A DNA stretch of 61,954 nucleotides, counting the filler. It is 5 parts of 5 records of this genome, joined end to end, with 100 filler letters (N's around TTAATTAATTAA, not from the genome) between each part and the next. Parts side by side here need not be neighbours in the genome. Positions count along the whole stretch, not along the records: positions 1 to 12,647 come from SRR31156797_995; 4 more parts are not named here. One strand, 5' to 3'. Made by a program: the position numbers and the translations under genes. This document shows positions 1-9,753 of the stretch, piece by piece. Numbering within the stretch: the first letter of the stretch is position 1; each line of letters opens with the position of its first letter. The notes beneath the pieces are model-generated. The model was not told the DNA's origin. It ran no database searches and worked only from the letters and a program-made list of their open reading frames with translations.

Positions 1-150
1 AAGTACGAACGTCTGGGTGACTGGGCTGAGCGTATTGGCTGGGAACGTTTCTTCGAAAAGACTGGTATCGAGTTTACTCCCCATCTTATCGATGATTTCC
101 GTGATCCTGCTTACTACACCTGGCGTCAGTCCACTCAGTTCAAGTTCTAA
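1..150 (+). CDS. dsrB: Dissimilatory sulfite reductase beta subunit, 3' end (partial)
   Basis: Frame +1 reads KYERLGDWAERIGWERFFEKTGIEFTPHLIDDFRDPAYYTWRQSTQFKF*, the characteristic DsrB C-terminus; dsrD follows. Confidence 0.95.
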   Translation, partial: KYERLGDWAERIGWERFFEKTGIEFTPHLIDDFRDPAYYTWRQSTQFKF

Positions 151-168
151 TTAGAATTGAGAATATAG

Positions 169-195
169 GGGCGCGGCAAAACGCCGCGCCCTTTT
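169..195 (+). terminator. GC-rich hairpin plus short U tract between dsrB and dsrD
   Basis: GGGCGCGGC-AAAAC-GCCGCGCCC followed by TTTT. Confidence 0.6.
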
Positions 196-214
196 AAAAA
201 TAAAGGGGCTTACT

Positions 215-463
215 ATGCCGATCGATATGGATTCCGCAAAAGAAGAAATCATGGCGTTCCTGGTAAAAAAAACAGGCGCTAAAAGTAAATTTTACTTCAA
301 CGATTTCACCAAGCTTTTTCCTGATGCAAAAGGCCGTGAAGTTAAGAAAGTTCTGACCGCTCTTGTTAAAGAAGAGAAAATTGAATACTGGTCCTCCGGA
401 TCTACCACTATGTATGGTATGACCGGTGCTGGTAAGCAGGGTGGAGCAGAGCACGAAGATTAG
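215..463 (+). CDS. dsrD: Dissimilatory sulfite reductase protein D
   Basis: 82 aa with KSKFYFNDF and YWSSGSTTMYG motifs; lies directly after dsrB. Confidence 0.95.
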   Translation: MPIDMDSAKEEIMAFLVKKTGAKSKFYFNDFTKLFPDAKGREVKKVLTALVKEEKIEYWSSGSTTMYGMTGAGKQGGAEHED

Positions 464-484
464 TCTTCGGTTAGTTCGACTCTT

Positions 485-518
485 AAATGCCTTGTCCTTT
501 GGGACAAGGCATTTTTTT
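485..518 (+). terminator. Intrinsic terminator after dsrD
   Basis: AAATGCCTTGTCC-TTTG-GGACAAGGCATTT followed by a T run. Confidence 0.8.
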
Positions 519-642
519 ATGCTTCATCCCTTATTTGCATTGGGATGAAGGTTAATTTTCCTTGTCTTTTTTACGCTGAAACACTACTGAATCCATTGTG
601 CAGACAAGCATTAGATTGAATTTTAAAGGCGTGAGCAGCGAA

Positions 643-2028
643 ATGAATTTTCCACGTATTGTTTTGGCCGGACTCAGCGGCGGCACAGGTAAGACCATTG
701 TTACTCTAGGACTTTGTCGGGCCTTCCGCAATCAGGGCAGGGCGGTTAAGCCGTTCAAGAAAGGACCCGATTATATTGATGCTCGCTGGCTGGGGCTTGC
801 TTCTGGCCGGTATGCCACAAACCTAGATCCTTTTCTCATGTCCAACGACAAGCTCACCTCTCTTTTTCTGGAAAAAGGGCAGGGGGCCGATATTTCCATC
901 GTGGAAGGCAACCGTGGACTTTTTGACGGCAAAGACGTGGATGGTTCCTGCTCCACTGCCGAATTGGCCCGGATTATCAAAGCCCCGGTTATCCTGACCA
1001 TCGACTGCACCAAGATGACTCGCACTGTGGCGGCTATTGTTGCCGGATGCAAAGCTTTCGAAGACGGTTTCAATCTCGCAGGTGTGGTCCTTAACCGCAC
1101 AGCAGGGGATCGCCACCGCAATATTCTCAAAAATTCAATTGAAGCCTATACTGATATCCCGGTGCTGGGCATGCTGCCAAAACTTAAGGAAAACCCTATC
1201 CCTGAACGGCACATGGGGCTTGTTTCCAATACCGAATATGATGCAGTGGACAAAGCTCTTGATACTCTGGGGCAGATGGCAGAGGACTGCCTTGATCTTG
1301 ATGCAATATACAAAATAGCTGAAAACGCTACCGCTGAGCTTAACTCCGAAGAATCAGCATGGTCCGGAATAGAACTTTCCTGTGACTCCAAGCCTGTTAT
1401 CGGCGTTGTCCGCGATGAAGCTCTCTGGTTTTATTATGAAGAGAACCTCGAAGCCTTGCGCCGTGCTGGAGCTGAGGTAAAAGAAGTCTCCATTTTTTCA
1501 TCCGAGCCTTGGCCGGAGATACACGGGCTTTATCTTGGTGGTGGGTTCCCGGAAACCCTTGCCTCAGATATTTCTCAGAACACAAATATCCGTGATCACG
1601 TACGGAGTCTTGCCGAGTCCGGTCTGCCTATTTTTGCCGAGTGTGGTGGTTTTATGTATCTTGGTCGTGATGTTGAGTACGAAGGTCAGAAATACGCCAT
1701 GTCCGGAGTGCTCAATCTTTCAACCCGCCTTTGCGCCCGCCCTCAGGGGTTGGGGTACACTTCCGGTAAAATTGTCCACGACAATCCTTTCTTGCCTGTA
1801 GGAACTGAAGTTATAGGTCATGAGTTCCATTATTCCCTCTGTGTAGACAACAATGAGTCCGCGCCAAAATACGCCCTCAACATGTCCCGCGGGAAAGGTA
1901 TGGCTGACGGCCACGATGGTCTCATCCTTGACAACATTTATGCCGGGTACAACCATATCCATGCTCTGAGTATGCCCTGCTGGGCCAATAATTTCGTTAA
2001 AGCTGCTGAAAAATTTAAGAAGAAATAA
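643..2028 (+). CDS. dsrN: Cobyrinate a,c-diamide synthase family amidotransferase, probably siroheme amidase DsrN
   Basis: GGTGKT P-loop, FKKGPDYID, ERHMGLV, AECGGFMYL and GHEFHYS motifs; dsrABD-adjacent position. ATG at 643 preferred over GTG at 598. Confidence 0.85.
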   Translation: MNFPRIVLAGLSGGTGKTIVTLGLCRAFRNQGRAVKPFKKGPDYIDARWLGLASGRYATNLDPFLMSNDKLTSLFLEKGQGADISIVEGNRGLFDGKDVDGSCSTAELARIIKAPVILTIDCTKMTRTVAAIVAGCKAFEDGFNLAGVVLNRTAGDRHRNILKNSIEAYTDIPVLGMLPKLKENPIPERHMGLVSNTEYDAVDKALDTLGQMAEDCLDLDAIYKIAENATAELNSEESAWSGIELSCDSKPVIGVVRDEALWFYYEENLEALRRAGAEVKEVSIFSSEPWPEIHGLYLGGGFPETLASDISQNTNIRDHVRSLAESGLPIFAECGGFMYLGRDVEYEGQKYAMSGVLNLSTRLCARPQGLGYTSGKIVHDNPFLPVGTEVIGHEFHYSLCVDNNESAPKYALNMSRGKGMADGHDGLILDNIYAGYNHIHALSMPCWANNFVKAAEKFKKK

Positions 2029-2030
2029 GC

Positions 2031-2777
2031 TTATGGCATAAATGCTCTTGCTATGCGGAATATGTCGTCGTAGTTGAGCTTGGCTCTGATGCCGAGGCAC
2101 ATTTCAGCGGCCATATCCATTTTAGTTTTGGAGTAGGCAAGAATCTGGTCTGACTGTACCTTGAGATTCGTTTTGAGGATTCGATGCTCGAACCCGTCGA
2201 TAACCTGAGTTATGCCGTTGGCGTAAAATGGGGTTTTGATGTGCGGCACAAGCTGTTCAAGCTGCTGCTTGCCTTCTTTGCGGCTGAGTATGATGTGAAA
2301 AAGCATTTTGACCAGTAAACGGTCCGGCTGCAACTTGTGGTCAAATTCTAGAAGTACAGTGGGATCGGAATGGTCGTCTTTCAATCCATCTACCAGCCCG
2401 TGGGCAAGGGTGAAGGCTTTTTTTTCAGAAATTACGGAGACCGGATATTGCGAAGCCATGCGCACGAAGCTGATGCGTGGGTTTTCCTGAGCGGACATGG
2501 CTAGTAGGGCTATCTGCATGGCGGCCAGCTTGCGGGAGTATTCTTCAGCAAGTGTGGCTCTCTTAGCTTCAGCAAGGCGGCGCACTGTTGTCTCGTCCAG
2601 TTCGGAAAATGCAGTTTCCAACAAAAATTTGATGTAAGGTTCGCGGGTATAGCGTATCTCTTCTTCAAGAACTTTTCTGCTGCGTTTAACATCAATAAGT
2701 TTCTTGATGGAGAGCCAGTATGCGGCAAGGCCTTCTGCGGGCATTTCCAGAATATCAAAATCTTTTTGTTCTTCCAT
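2031..2777 (-). CDS. Hypothetical soluble protein with two MotA-cytoplasmic-like repeats
   Basis: 248 aa with no long hydrophobic stretch; SRKEGKQQLE..PFYANGITQVIDG and ALLAMSAQENPRI resemble MotA cytoplasmic segments. Confidence 0.75.
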   Translation of the reverse strand: MEEQKDFDILEMPAEGLAAYWLSIKKLIDVKRSRKVLEEEIRYTREPYIKFLLETAFSELDETTVRRLAEAKRATLAEEYSRKLAAMQIALLAMSAQENPRISFVRMASQYPVSVISEKKAFTLAHGLVDGLKDDHSDPTVLLEFDHKLQPDRLLVKMLFHIILSRKEGKQQLEQLVPHIKTPFYANGITQVIDGFEHRILKTNLKVQSDQILAYSKTKMDMAAEMCLGIRAKLNYDDIFRIARAFMP

Positions 2778-2886
2778 GGGATTTCCTTGTATTTCCTGTG
2801 CGCAGATTGTAACTGAATTTGTCCGGGAAACATAGTCCGCCCGAGACAGTTTTTTGTTTAAGGAATCTTATAACTAGGTAAAGAAT

Positions 2887-3699
2887 ATGATTGTATTGCC
2901 GGAATTTGATACCGTTGCGTTCAGAATAGGACCTCTCAAGGCCAATTGGTATGGCCTGATGTATATGATCGGTTTTGCCATAGCATGGACTCTGGGGCGT
3001 TACAGGGCTTCGAGAAAGACTAATAACTGGACCGCACAGCAGGTGGATGATCTGATTACCTGGCTGGTGGTCGGTCTGGTGGTCGGTGCCCGCGTGGGTT
3101 ACTGTCTGATTTACGAACCCGCATATTTCATAGCCCATCCCATGGATATCCTGGCGGTCTGGAAAGGCGGTATGTCATTTCACGGCGGTGCAGCCGGAGT
3201 GGCCATTGTTGCATGGAGATTTGCAAAATCTACTAACAGAACAACCCTTGATGTGGGTGATTTCCTTGTCCCGTTGGCTCCGTTGGGATTGCTCTGCGGT
3301 CGTATGGGTAATTTCATAAACGGGGAACTCTGGGGCAGGGTTACTGATATGCCGTGGGGCATGGTTTTCCCCAGTCAGCGTGCAGGAAATCTGCCTAGAC
3401 ATCCCTCGCAGCTCTACGAGGGAGCGCTTGAGGGACTGTTGCTTTTTCTGGTTCTCTGGATCTGGTCTGCCAAGCCCCGCCAGCGGGGGACCACCACCGG
3501 TATGTTTCTCATGGGCTATGGCTTTTTCCGGGCCTTTGTGGAGTTCTTCCGTCAGCCTGATCCTCAGCTCGGTTTTATCGCCTTCGGCTGGCTGACTATG
3601 GGGCAGTTGCTTTGCGTACCCATGGTTTTGGCTGGACTTGCCCTGTTTGTTTGGGGTCTAAAAAAAGGGCCGATTCCTCCTGCTGCTGATGCCGTCTAA
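2887..3699 (+). CDS. lgt: Prolipoprotein diacylglyceryl transferase
   Basis: WYGLMY, WKGGMSFHGG, GRMGNFINGELWGR and RHPSQLYE motifs. Confidence 0.97.
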   Translation: MIVLPEFDTVAFRIGPLKANWYGLMYMIGFAIAWTLGRYRASRKTNNWTAQQVDDLITWLVVGLVVGARVGYCLIYEPAYFIAHPMDILAVWKGGMSFHGGAAGVAIVAWRFAKSTNRTTLDVGDFLVPLAPLGLLCGRMGNFINGELWGRVTDMPWGMVFPSQRAGNLPRHPSQLYEGALEGLLLFLVLWIWSAKPRQRGTTTGMFLMGYGFFRAFVEFFRQPDPQLGFIAFGWLTMGQLLCVPMVLAGLALFVWGLKKGPIPPAADAV

Positions 3700-3727
3700 T
3701 TTAGCGGTAAAGTTTATAGTGACAAAG

Positions 3728-3762
3728 TGCCCCCTGCTCTGAAGAGTGGGGGGTGTTTTTTT
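3728..3762 (+). terminator. Intrinsic terminator after lgt
   Basis: GCCCCCTGCTCT-GA-AGAGTGGGGGGT stem-loop followed by T7. Confidence 0.65.
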
Positions 3763-3884
3763 AAAAAATTAATTGGAAGTGATTTAATAATCGATTATTC
3801 GTGGTTGCAGAAGCTTGTGTTGATAATAGGAAATAATACTAAATGTACCATGATTTATCATGTGTAAATGAGTGTGCACTTACC

Positions 3885-3912
3885 TTGCAAAGATAGATTT
3901 AAGACTTATCCT
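3885..3912 (+). promoter_or_regulatory. Putative sigma70 promoter of the first FecR-RTX gene
   Basis: TTGCAA-N16-TATCCT, 64 nt before the ATG; the same arrangement recurs before the second paralog. Confidence 0.4.
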
Positions 3913-3948
3913 ACCAATAGGGTCTAAATTTTACCTGCGGGGTGAGAC

Positions 3949-6900
3949 ATGTCACCTGAAACTGTCACTCAAAACGCTATCGGCGTTATCCTCACTGCTA
4001 GTGGTGAGGTCTCGCTCAAGTCTTCTGAAGGCTTGAGATTGGCTGAGTCCGGCTCGTCGGTTTTTCGCGGCGATGAGCTTATTACCGGAGCAGACGGGCA
4101 GGTTGAAGTCCGTTTTGCTGACGATACCCTCCTTTCACAGGGCGCAGAGTCCTCCATATCCCTTGATGATTATGTCTACGATGAGGTGGACGAATCTTCT
4201 TCGGACCTCTTTTTTAAGATGGGGACCGGGACTTTTCGTATGGTTACCGGAAAAATTGCCGAGCAGAATCCTGAGCGGTTCAAGATCGGTTCCCCTCTTG
4301 CCACCATCGGTATACGCGGAACCGTAACAGTTCACGAGATTGGTCCTGAAGGCGAAAAGCACGGTGTAGAAGAAATTCACAGCGGAAGGGCTTTGCTGGT
4401 CCAAAGTGTTGATGGTTCCATTCGTCAGATATCGTCCCCGCGCGCCTTGGTTGATATTGCGAGTTCAGGATTGATGAGCAGTGTCCGTGTTATGACTGTT
4501 GCAGAATTTAATCAATTTCAATCCATCGCTCCCTCTGCGATCCAAGAAGAACAGATTATAGAGGAACAGCGGGAAGAAGAGCAGCAGGAGCAGCAGGAAA
4601 GCGAAGAGCAGCAGGGCGATGAAGAGGGTGAGCCATCCGAAGAGCAGGGAGATGTTGTTGAAGAGCAGGGCGAACAGCAGGTAGAGGGAGAACTTCCGGG
4701 TGAAGTGGTTGGCGAGATCGCAGAAGAGATGCCTATGGAAGGTGGTATGGAAGAAGGACTTCCGGCCGCAGCTGAAATGGGGCCTGAGTTTGGTGGCGAA
4801 GTTCTGGGCGGCGAAGCTATGAGCCTTGGCGGAGAAGGTGTTTTGTCAGGCGGCGAAGGTGTGTTTGGCGGTCAGGAACCTGTTGATGCTGCTATGTTAG
4901 CAGCCGCTGAAGAGATCTTTGAAGCTCTGGCTGAAGACGATCTTGATACTGCTACTGAATTGATTGAAGAATTTACCGCTGATACCACCGGGGATTCAAC
5001 TGAAGAAATCCCCGCTGATACTGATGACGAAGTAATTGATGAACTGGTTGAAGATACTGCTCCGGTTGAGGAGGAAACTACCACGGATACGACTGACAGC
5101 AGCACTGTCGATGACACAAGTTCTTCCAATAATGAAATTGATTGGGGTGATGCTACTGAAAGTGCTGATCGTTGGACAGGAACAGAGAATACTGATTACT
5201 ACGACGGTCTCGGCGGTGATGATACCATAGATGGTAAGGAAGGCGACGATACTCTTAAGGGCGGTGACGGCAACGATACTATAAGCGGATGTATTGGTAA
5301 TGACAGTATCGAAGGTGGCGCAGGAAATGATCTGATCTACGGTGATGCCGGGCGTGATGTTATTGATGGTGGATCTGATAGTGACTACATTTTTGCACTT
5401 CAAGACGGCGACACCATTATCGGTTCAACCGGGACTGATACTGTTTCATATTTGTATGTGGTAGAGCGCGGCGTTAATGCTAATCTGGCAACCGGAGTTG
5501 TCTCAGGCGGCACTTACGATGATGCGTTGAGTGGAATAGAAAATATTGTCGGAACCGGTAGTGATGACGTTCTGGTCGGTGATGGCGCAGCCAACACTCT
5601 CAGTGGTTTGGCTGGTGATGATTCTATATCCGGCGGCGCTGGTGATGACTTGATCGAAGGCGGCGCAGGCGCAGATACCCTTGATGGTGGCAGCGGTCAG
5701 GATACCTTCCGTTTTACCGAGGCTGAAGGTTTGGCAGGCGAGCAGTTGCAGAGTTTCTCCAGCGCTGATGATACTATTGATTTCAGTAGCGGTAGTTTTA
5801 GCCAGTCTGCTGATTTTGCAGCAGTGAGTGGAAGTTATAGCGGTACTGATGCAGCTCTGGGTAGTGGCCCCGCCTTTGTCTTCGATGTGGACGGCAAGCT
5901 TTGGTACGACTCTAATGGCGTGGATGCAGGTGGTCATACCCTGATTACCACCGTGACCGATGCTCAGGTTAATGCCTCGGATATCACTGTGGATAGTGCA
6001 GCCATAGACGGAGCCGGAATGAGTGTAACCGGAACCAGCAGCAGTGATACCCTGACCGGGCTTGGCGGTAATGACTATCTGGACGGTGCTGCCGGTGCTG
6101 ACTTGATTAGTGGCGGACTGGGTGATGATTCCCTGTTGGGTGGAGACGGTAATGATTCCATTTCCGGTGGAAGCGGCAATGACAGGATCGAAGGCGGAGC
6201 CGGTGCAGATACCCTCGATGGCGGAGCCGGACAGGATATCTTCCGTTACATTGAAGCTGATGGTTTGCCTGCTGAAGAGTTGCAGAACTTCTCCAGTGCT
6301 GACGATACCCTTGACTTTAACGGCGAAAACTTCAGCGAAACTGCTGTTTTTGCGACAGTTGTTGATAATGACTACACAGGTACTGATGCTGGATTGGGCA
6401 GCACTCCTGCCTTTATCTTCGATGCCGGGGGTAAGCTCTGGTATGATTCCAACGGAGTGGATGCAGGCGGCCATACCTTGATTACCAAGGTTAGTGGTGA
6501 TGCGGTTGTTGTTTCTGATCTTACTGTGGATGGTGCAGCTATTGAAGAAGCTGTTCAGTGGGAAACTGGTGCAGAGTCTGGTGAAACCTGGGTCGGAACT
6601 TCCAAGACTGATTACTATAATGGTGCTGGTGGTAACGATTCCATCGACGGTAAGCAGGGTGTTGATACTTTGCTCGGCGGCGCTGGTGACGATTATATCG
6701 ATGGTGGTAACGGTGCAGACAGTATTGACGGCGGCACTGGTAACGATACCATTTACGGCGGACAGAACGCGGACTTCATTAATGGTGGAGCCGACAATGA
6801 CCTTATTTTCGGTGGGCAGAACGGTGATACCATGGATGGCGGTGATGGCAATGACACGGTTTCTTACGAAGGTGGTTCTGCTGTGCAGGTCGATCTTGCA

Positions 6901-7404
6901 GCAGGAACTGTTTCTGGCGGCTCCAATACCGATATCCTGAGCAATATAGAAAACGTCATTGGTACTGATAACAACGATGTGCTCAACGGATGTAGTGCTT
7001 CCAATTCACTGACTGGCGGAGCCGGGGACGACACCCTGTTTGGTTCCGGTGGCGTAGATTACCTTTCCGGCGGTGCTGGAAATGATATCTTTTCCTATAC
7101 TTCTTCTGCAGAAGGAGGGGATACCCTTACTGGATTTGTGAGTGCAGATGATGGATTCTATTTCTCCGCAGCTTTCAATTCAAACTTCACTTTCGTTAAT
7201 GTTACTCCCGGAGAAGGAGTTTCCTATGATGGTCAAACTGGTCCGGCTGACGGTACTGCTTATTTTGTTTTTGATTCAGACAATGGTCAGCTTTGGTATG
7301 ATCCTGATGGAAGTACTGCCAGTTCCGATCACGCACTGATAGCCACTGTTTTTGGTGATGCTGTTGTAGAGAGCGATATTGCAGTAGTTGGTGAAATGAG
7401 TTGA
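3949..7404 (+). CDS. FecR-domain / RTX Ca-binding repeat protein 1 (1151 aa), probable T1SS substrate
   Basis: N-terminal FecR-like domain ([21 protein letters not shown]), Glu/Gln-rich linker, many GGxGxDxL nonapeptides, three LWYD-containing C-terminal-type domains; no signal peptide. Confidence 0.85.
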   Translation: MSPETVTQNAIGVILTASGEVSLKSSEGLRLAESGSSVFRGDELITGADGQVEVRFADDTLLSQGAESSISLDDYVYDEVDESSSDLFFKMGTGTFRMVTGKIAEQNPERFKIGSPLATIGIRGTVTVHEIGPEGEKHGVEEIHSGRALLVQSVDGSIRQISSPRALVDIASSGLMSSVRVMTVAEFNQFQSIAPSAIQEEQIIEEQREEEQQEQQESEEQQGDEEGEPSEEQGDVVEEQGEQQVEGELPGEVVGEIAEEMPMEGGMEEGLPAAAEMGPEFGGEVLGGEAMSLGGEGVLSGGEGVFGGQEPVDAAMLAAAEEIFEALAEDDLDTATELIEEFTADTTGDSTEEIPADTDDEVIDELVEDTAPVEEETTTDTTDSSTVDDTSSSNNEIDWGDATESADRWTGTENTDYYDGLGGDDTIDGKEGDDTLKGGDGNDTISGCIGNDSIEGGAGNDLIYGDAGRDVIDGGSDSDYIFALQDGDTIIGSTGTDTVSYLYVVERGVNANLATGVVSGGTYDDALSGIENIVGTGSDDVLVGDGAANTLSGLAGDDSISGGAGDDLIEGGAGADTLDGGSGQDTFRFTEAEGLAGEQLQSFSSADDTIDFSSGSFSQSADFAAVSGSYSGTDAALGSGPAFVFDVDGKLWYDSNGVDAGGHTLITTVTDAQVNASDITVDSAAIDGAGMSVTGTSSSDTLTGLGGNDYLDGAAGADLISGGLGDDSLLGGDGNDSISGGSGNDRIEGGAGADTLDGGAGQDIFRYIEADGLPAEELQNFSSADDTLDFNGENFSETAVFATVVDNDYTGTDAGLGSTPAFIFDAGGKLWYDSNGVDAGGHTLITKVSGDAVVVSDLTVDGAAIEEAVQWETGAESGETWVGTSKTDYYNGAGGNDSIDGKQGVDTLLGGAGDDYIDGGNGADSIDGGTGNDTIYGGQNADFINGGADNDLIFGGQNGDTMDGGDGNDTVSYEGGSAVQVDLAAGTVSGGSNTDILSNIENVIGTDNNDVLNGCSASNSLTGGAGDDTLFGSGGVDYLSGGAGNDIFSYTSSAEGGDTLTGFVSADDGFYFSAAFNSNFTFVNVTPGEGVSYDGQTGPADGTAYFVFDSDNGQLWYDPDGSTASSDHALIATVFGDAVVESDIAVVGEMS

Positions 7405-7521
7405 GTTGTGATTTATTGTGTGCTTTGAGGGTCCGGATATTGTTCGGGCCTTCTTTGTTGTGTGTGTTGATTTATCGTCTTTTTTGTTGTTAGTACATTG
7501 CAAATATAAGTGTTGCTTGCC

Positions 7522-7549
7522 TTGCTATATTGAATATTGATCTTATCTT
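7522..7549 (+). promoter_or_regulatory. Putative sigma70 promoter of the second FecR-RTX gene
   Basis: TTGCTA-N16-TATCTT, 64 nt before the ATG. Confidence 0.4.
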
Positions 7550-7585
7550 ATTTGTATGGGTTAATGTTTACATGCGGGGTGGGGT

Positions 7586-9568
7586 ATGTCACCTGAAGCA
7601 AGCGTACAAAGTACTATCGGTATTGTTCTCGCCGCCAACGGCGAGGTTTTTCTCAGGTCTGATTCCGGAATGAGGCCGGTGGAGGCTGGAACCCCGGTTT
7701 ATCAAGGGGAAGAGCTTGTTACCGGGGCCAAGAGTAATGCTGAGGTGCGTTTTGCTGACGACACCTTACTCTCTCAAGGGGCGGATTCGGTAATTTCCCT
7801 TGATGACTATATCTACGGCGGCACAGACGATTCCAACTCAGCGCTTCTTTTCAAAATGACTCAAGGTACCTTTCGTATGGTAACCGGTAAGATCGCCGAA
7901 CAGAACCCGGACAGGTTTCAGGTCGGTACCCCTCTTGCCACCATTGGTATCCGCGGTACTACCACAGTTCACGAGATAATCCCCGGCGGTGGGGAAAAGC
8001 ACGGTGTCGAAGAGATTCATGCCGGTAAGGCCCTCTTGGTGCAGTCTGTTGACGGCTCAATCAGGATGATTGATTCGCCGCAAGCTCTGGTTGATATTGC
8101 TATGTCCGGTATGATGAGCACAGTCAGGGCTATGACCGTACAGGAACTTAATTCTTTCCGTGAGATTGCCCCTTCAGCAATTCAGCAGGAGCAGGAGATT
8201 CGTGAGCGGGAACAGGATGCTCAGGATGAACAGCAGGGTGCTGGCGAAGAGAAATCTGAAGGTGAACAGCAGGAAGGAGAGCAGGGAGAGGTCGAAGGCG
8301 GTGAAACCGAAGCTATGCAGATCGCAGGTGAAGGGGTTCTTGAAGCTGGTGTTGTTGAGATGCTTGCAGGATCTGTTTTTGAAGGGGAAGAAGGTCTCAA
8401 GGAGGCTATAGAGGAGTTGGCTCAGGAATACGCAGAACAGTTTTTTGAAGGAATGGTCTCGGGTGATTTAGGTGCTGTTCAGGAGTATTTTGGTAAGCTG
8501 GAAAAACTGCCTACGGAAGACGATATCATCGAATTGGTTGAAGGTATTGCTGAAGGCACAACGGAAGTTCCAGAAGGGCTTGAAAATGTAACCTATACTA
8601 CCAGTGAAGGGATTAATTATATTCTGGGTGATAGTGTCGCTGGAGATAATTGGGAAGGAACTCCCAATACTGATTATTATGACGGACAGGGGGGTAACGA
8701 CACTATTTCAGGGCTTGAAGGTGGCGATGGTTTGCGAGGCGGAACCGGTGACGACACCATCTTCGGCAATTGCGGCAATGATTCCATTGAAGGCGGCGAT
8801 GGCAATGATATTATCTACGGAGGTGGCGATAATGATGAACTTAATGGAAGTGCCGGAGACGATACTATTTATGGTGATGAAGGGAGTGATTTTATTGACG
8901 GCAATGCTGACAACGACATTGTCTATGGCGGTGACGGTTCGGATACTGTAGATGGTGGTGCTGGTAATGATACCCTTTTCGGCGGTGCAGGCGAAGATAT
9001 AATTATCGGAAATACCGGGTATGATTTTGTGTCCTATGCTGACCAGACCCCTTCAGGATCTGACGGGGTTTTTGTTGATTTGAATACGAGCTATGACGGG
9101 GCTGGAATCGGTTCGCTTGATAGTGTTGTTGATAAAATAGAGACTGTTGAAGGTGTGATCGGCACAATCAAAAATGATACCCTAAAGGGAGATGGTTTGG
9201 GCAACACTCTTCAAGGCGGTTTAGGTAATGACTCCTTAAATGGTGGCGCTGGCGGCGATACGTATTACTATACCGGTACCGCCGAAGGTGGGGACTCTAT
9301 TGACGGATTTAGTATTTCTGAAGGGGATTTTTTCCGGTTCGATGGAACAGATTTCAGTGCAGGAACTGCAACCAACTTCAAGTCCATAAATTATACTTAT
9401 GATGGCGGTAACGCTACTTTGGGTAACACTGAGCCTGCATTTGTGTACGACAGCACAGGAAATGTTCTCTGGTATGATAGTAATGGTGATGATGCTGGAG
9501 GAAATACTGAGATTGCAAGTCTGGTTAACAGCGATGATATTACTGAGGCGCAGATCAATGTAGTGTAA
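7586..9568 (+). CDS. FecR-domain / RTX protein 2 (660 aa)
   Basis: Paralogous N-terminal domain, acidic linker, GGxGND repeats and a C-terminal FVYD..LWYD domain. Confidence 0.85.
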   Translation: MSPEASVQSTIGIVLAANGEVFLRSDSGMRPVEAGTPVYQGEELVTGAKSNAEVRFADDTLLSQGADSVISLDDYIYGGTDDSNSALLFKMTQGTFRMVTGKIAEQNPDRFQVGTPLATIGIRGTTTVHEIIPGGGEKHGVEEIHAGKALLVQSVDGSIRMIDSPQALVDIAMSGMMSTVRAMTVQELNSFREIAPSAIQQEQEIREREQDAQDEQQGAGEEKSEGEQQEGEQGEVEGGETEAMQIAGEGVLEAGVVEMLAGSVFEGEEGLKEAIEELAQEYAEQFFEGMVSGDLGAVQEYFGKLEKLPTEDDIIELVEGIAEGTTEVPEGLENVTYTTSEGINYILGDSVAGDNWEGTPNTDYYDGQGGNDTISGLEGGDGLRGGTGDDTIFGNCGNDSIEGGDGNDIIYGGGDNDELNGSAGDDTIYGDEGSDFIDGNADNDIVYGGDGSDTVDGGAGNDTLFGGAGEDIIIGNTGYDFVSYADQTPSGSDGVFVDLNTSYDGAGIGSLDSVVDKIETVEGVIGTIKNDTLKGDGLGNTLQGGLGNDSLNGGAGGDTYYYTGTAEGGDSIDGFSISEGDFFRFDGTDFSAGTATNFKSINYTYDGGNATLGNTEPAFVYDSTGNVLWYDSNGDDAGGNTEIASLVNSDDITEAQINVV

Positions 9569-9601
9569 TAGATTTAAAGAACTTAACCGTGAGTTTTATC
9601 T

Positions 9602-9642
9602 GCTGGCCGTCACTCTTCGGAGTGGCGGCTAGTTCTTTTTTT
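9602..9642 (+). terminator. Intrinsic terminator
   Basis: GCTGGCCGTCACTC-TTCG-GAGTGGCGGCTAGT followed by a T run. Confidence 0.75.
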
Positions 9643-9753
9643 GTGTTGTTGCCTTTAAATAGATTGAATAATTGCGCCACTTGATTGACTTGTATAGGCT
9701 TGGGTGTTTATTCTGTGTTAAGTGTGGAGAAATCTTTATCGTAGAGAGTCGTT

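Noticed and set aside
5503..6474. 323-aa antisense ORF
   Set aside because: Shadow of the repetitive RTX coding sequence.
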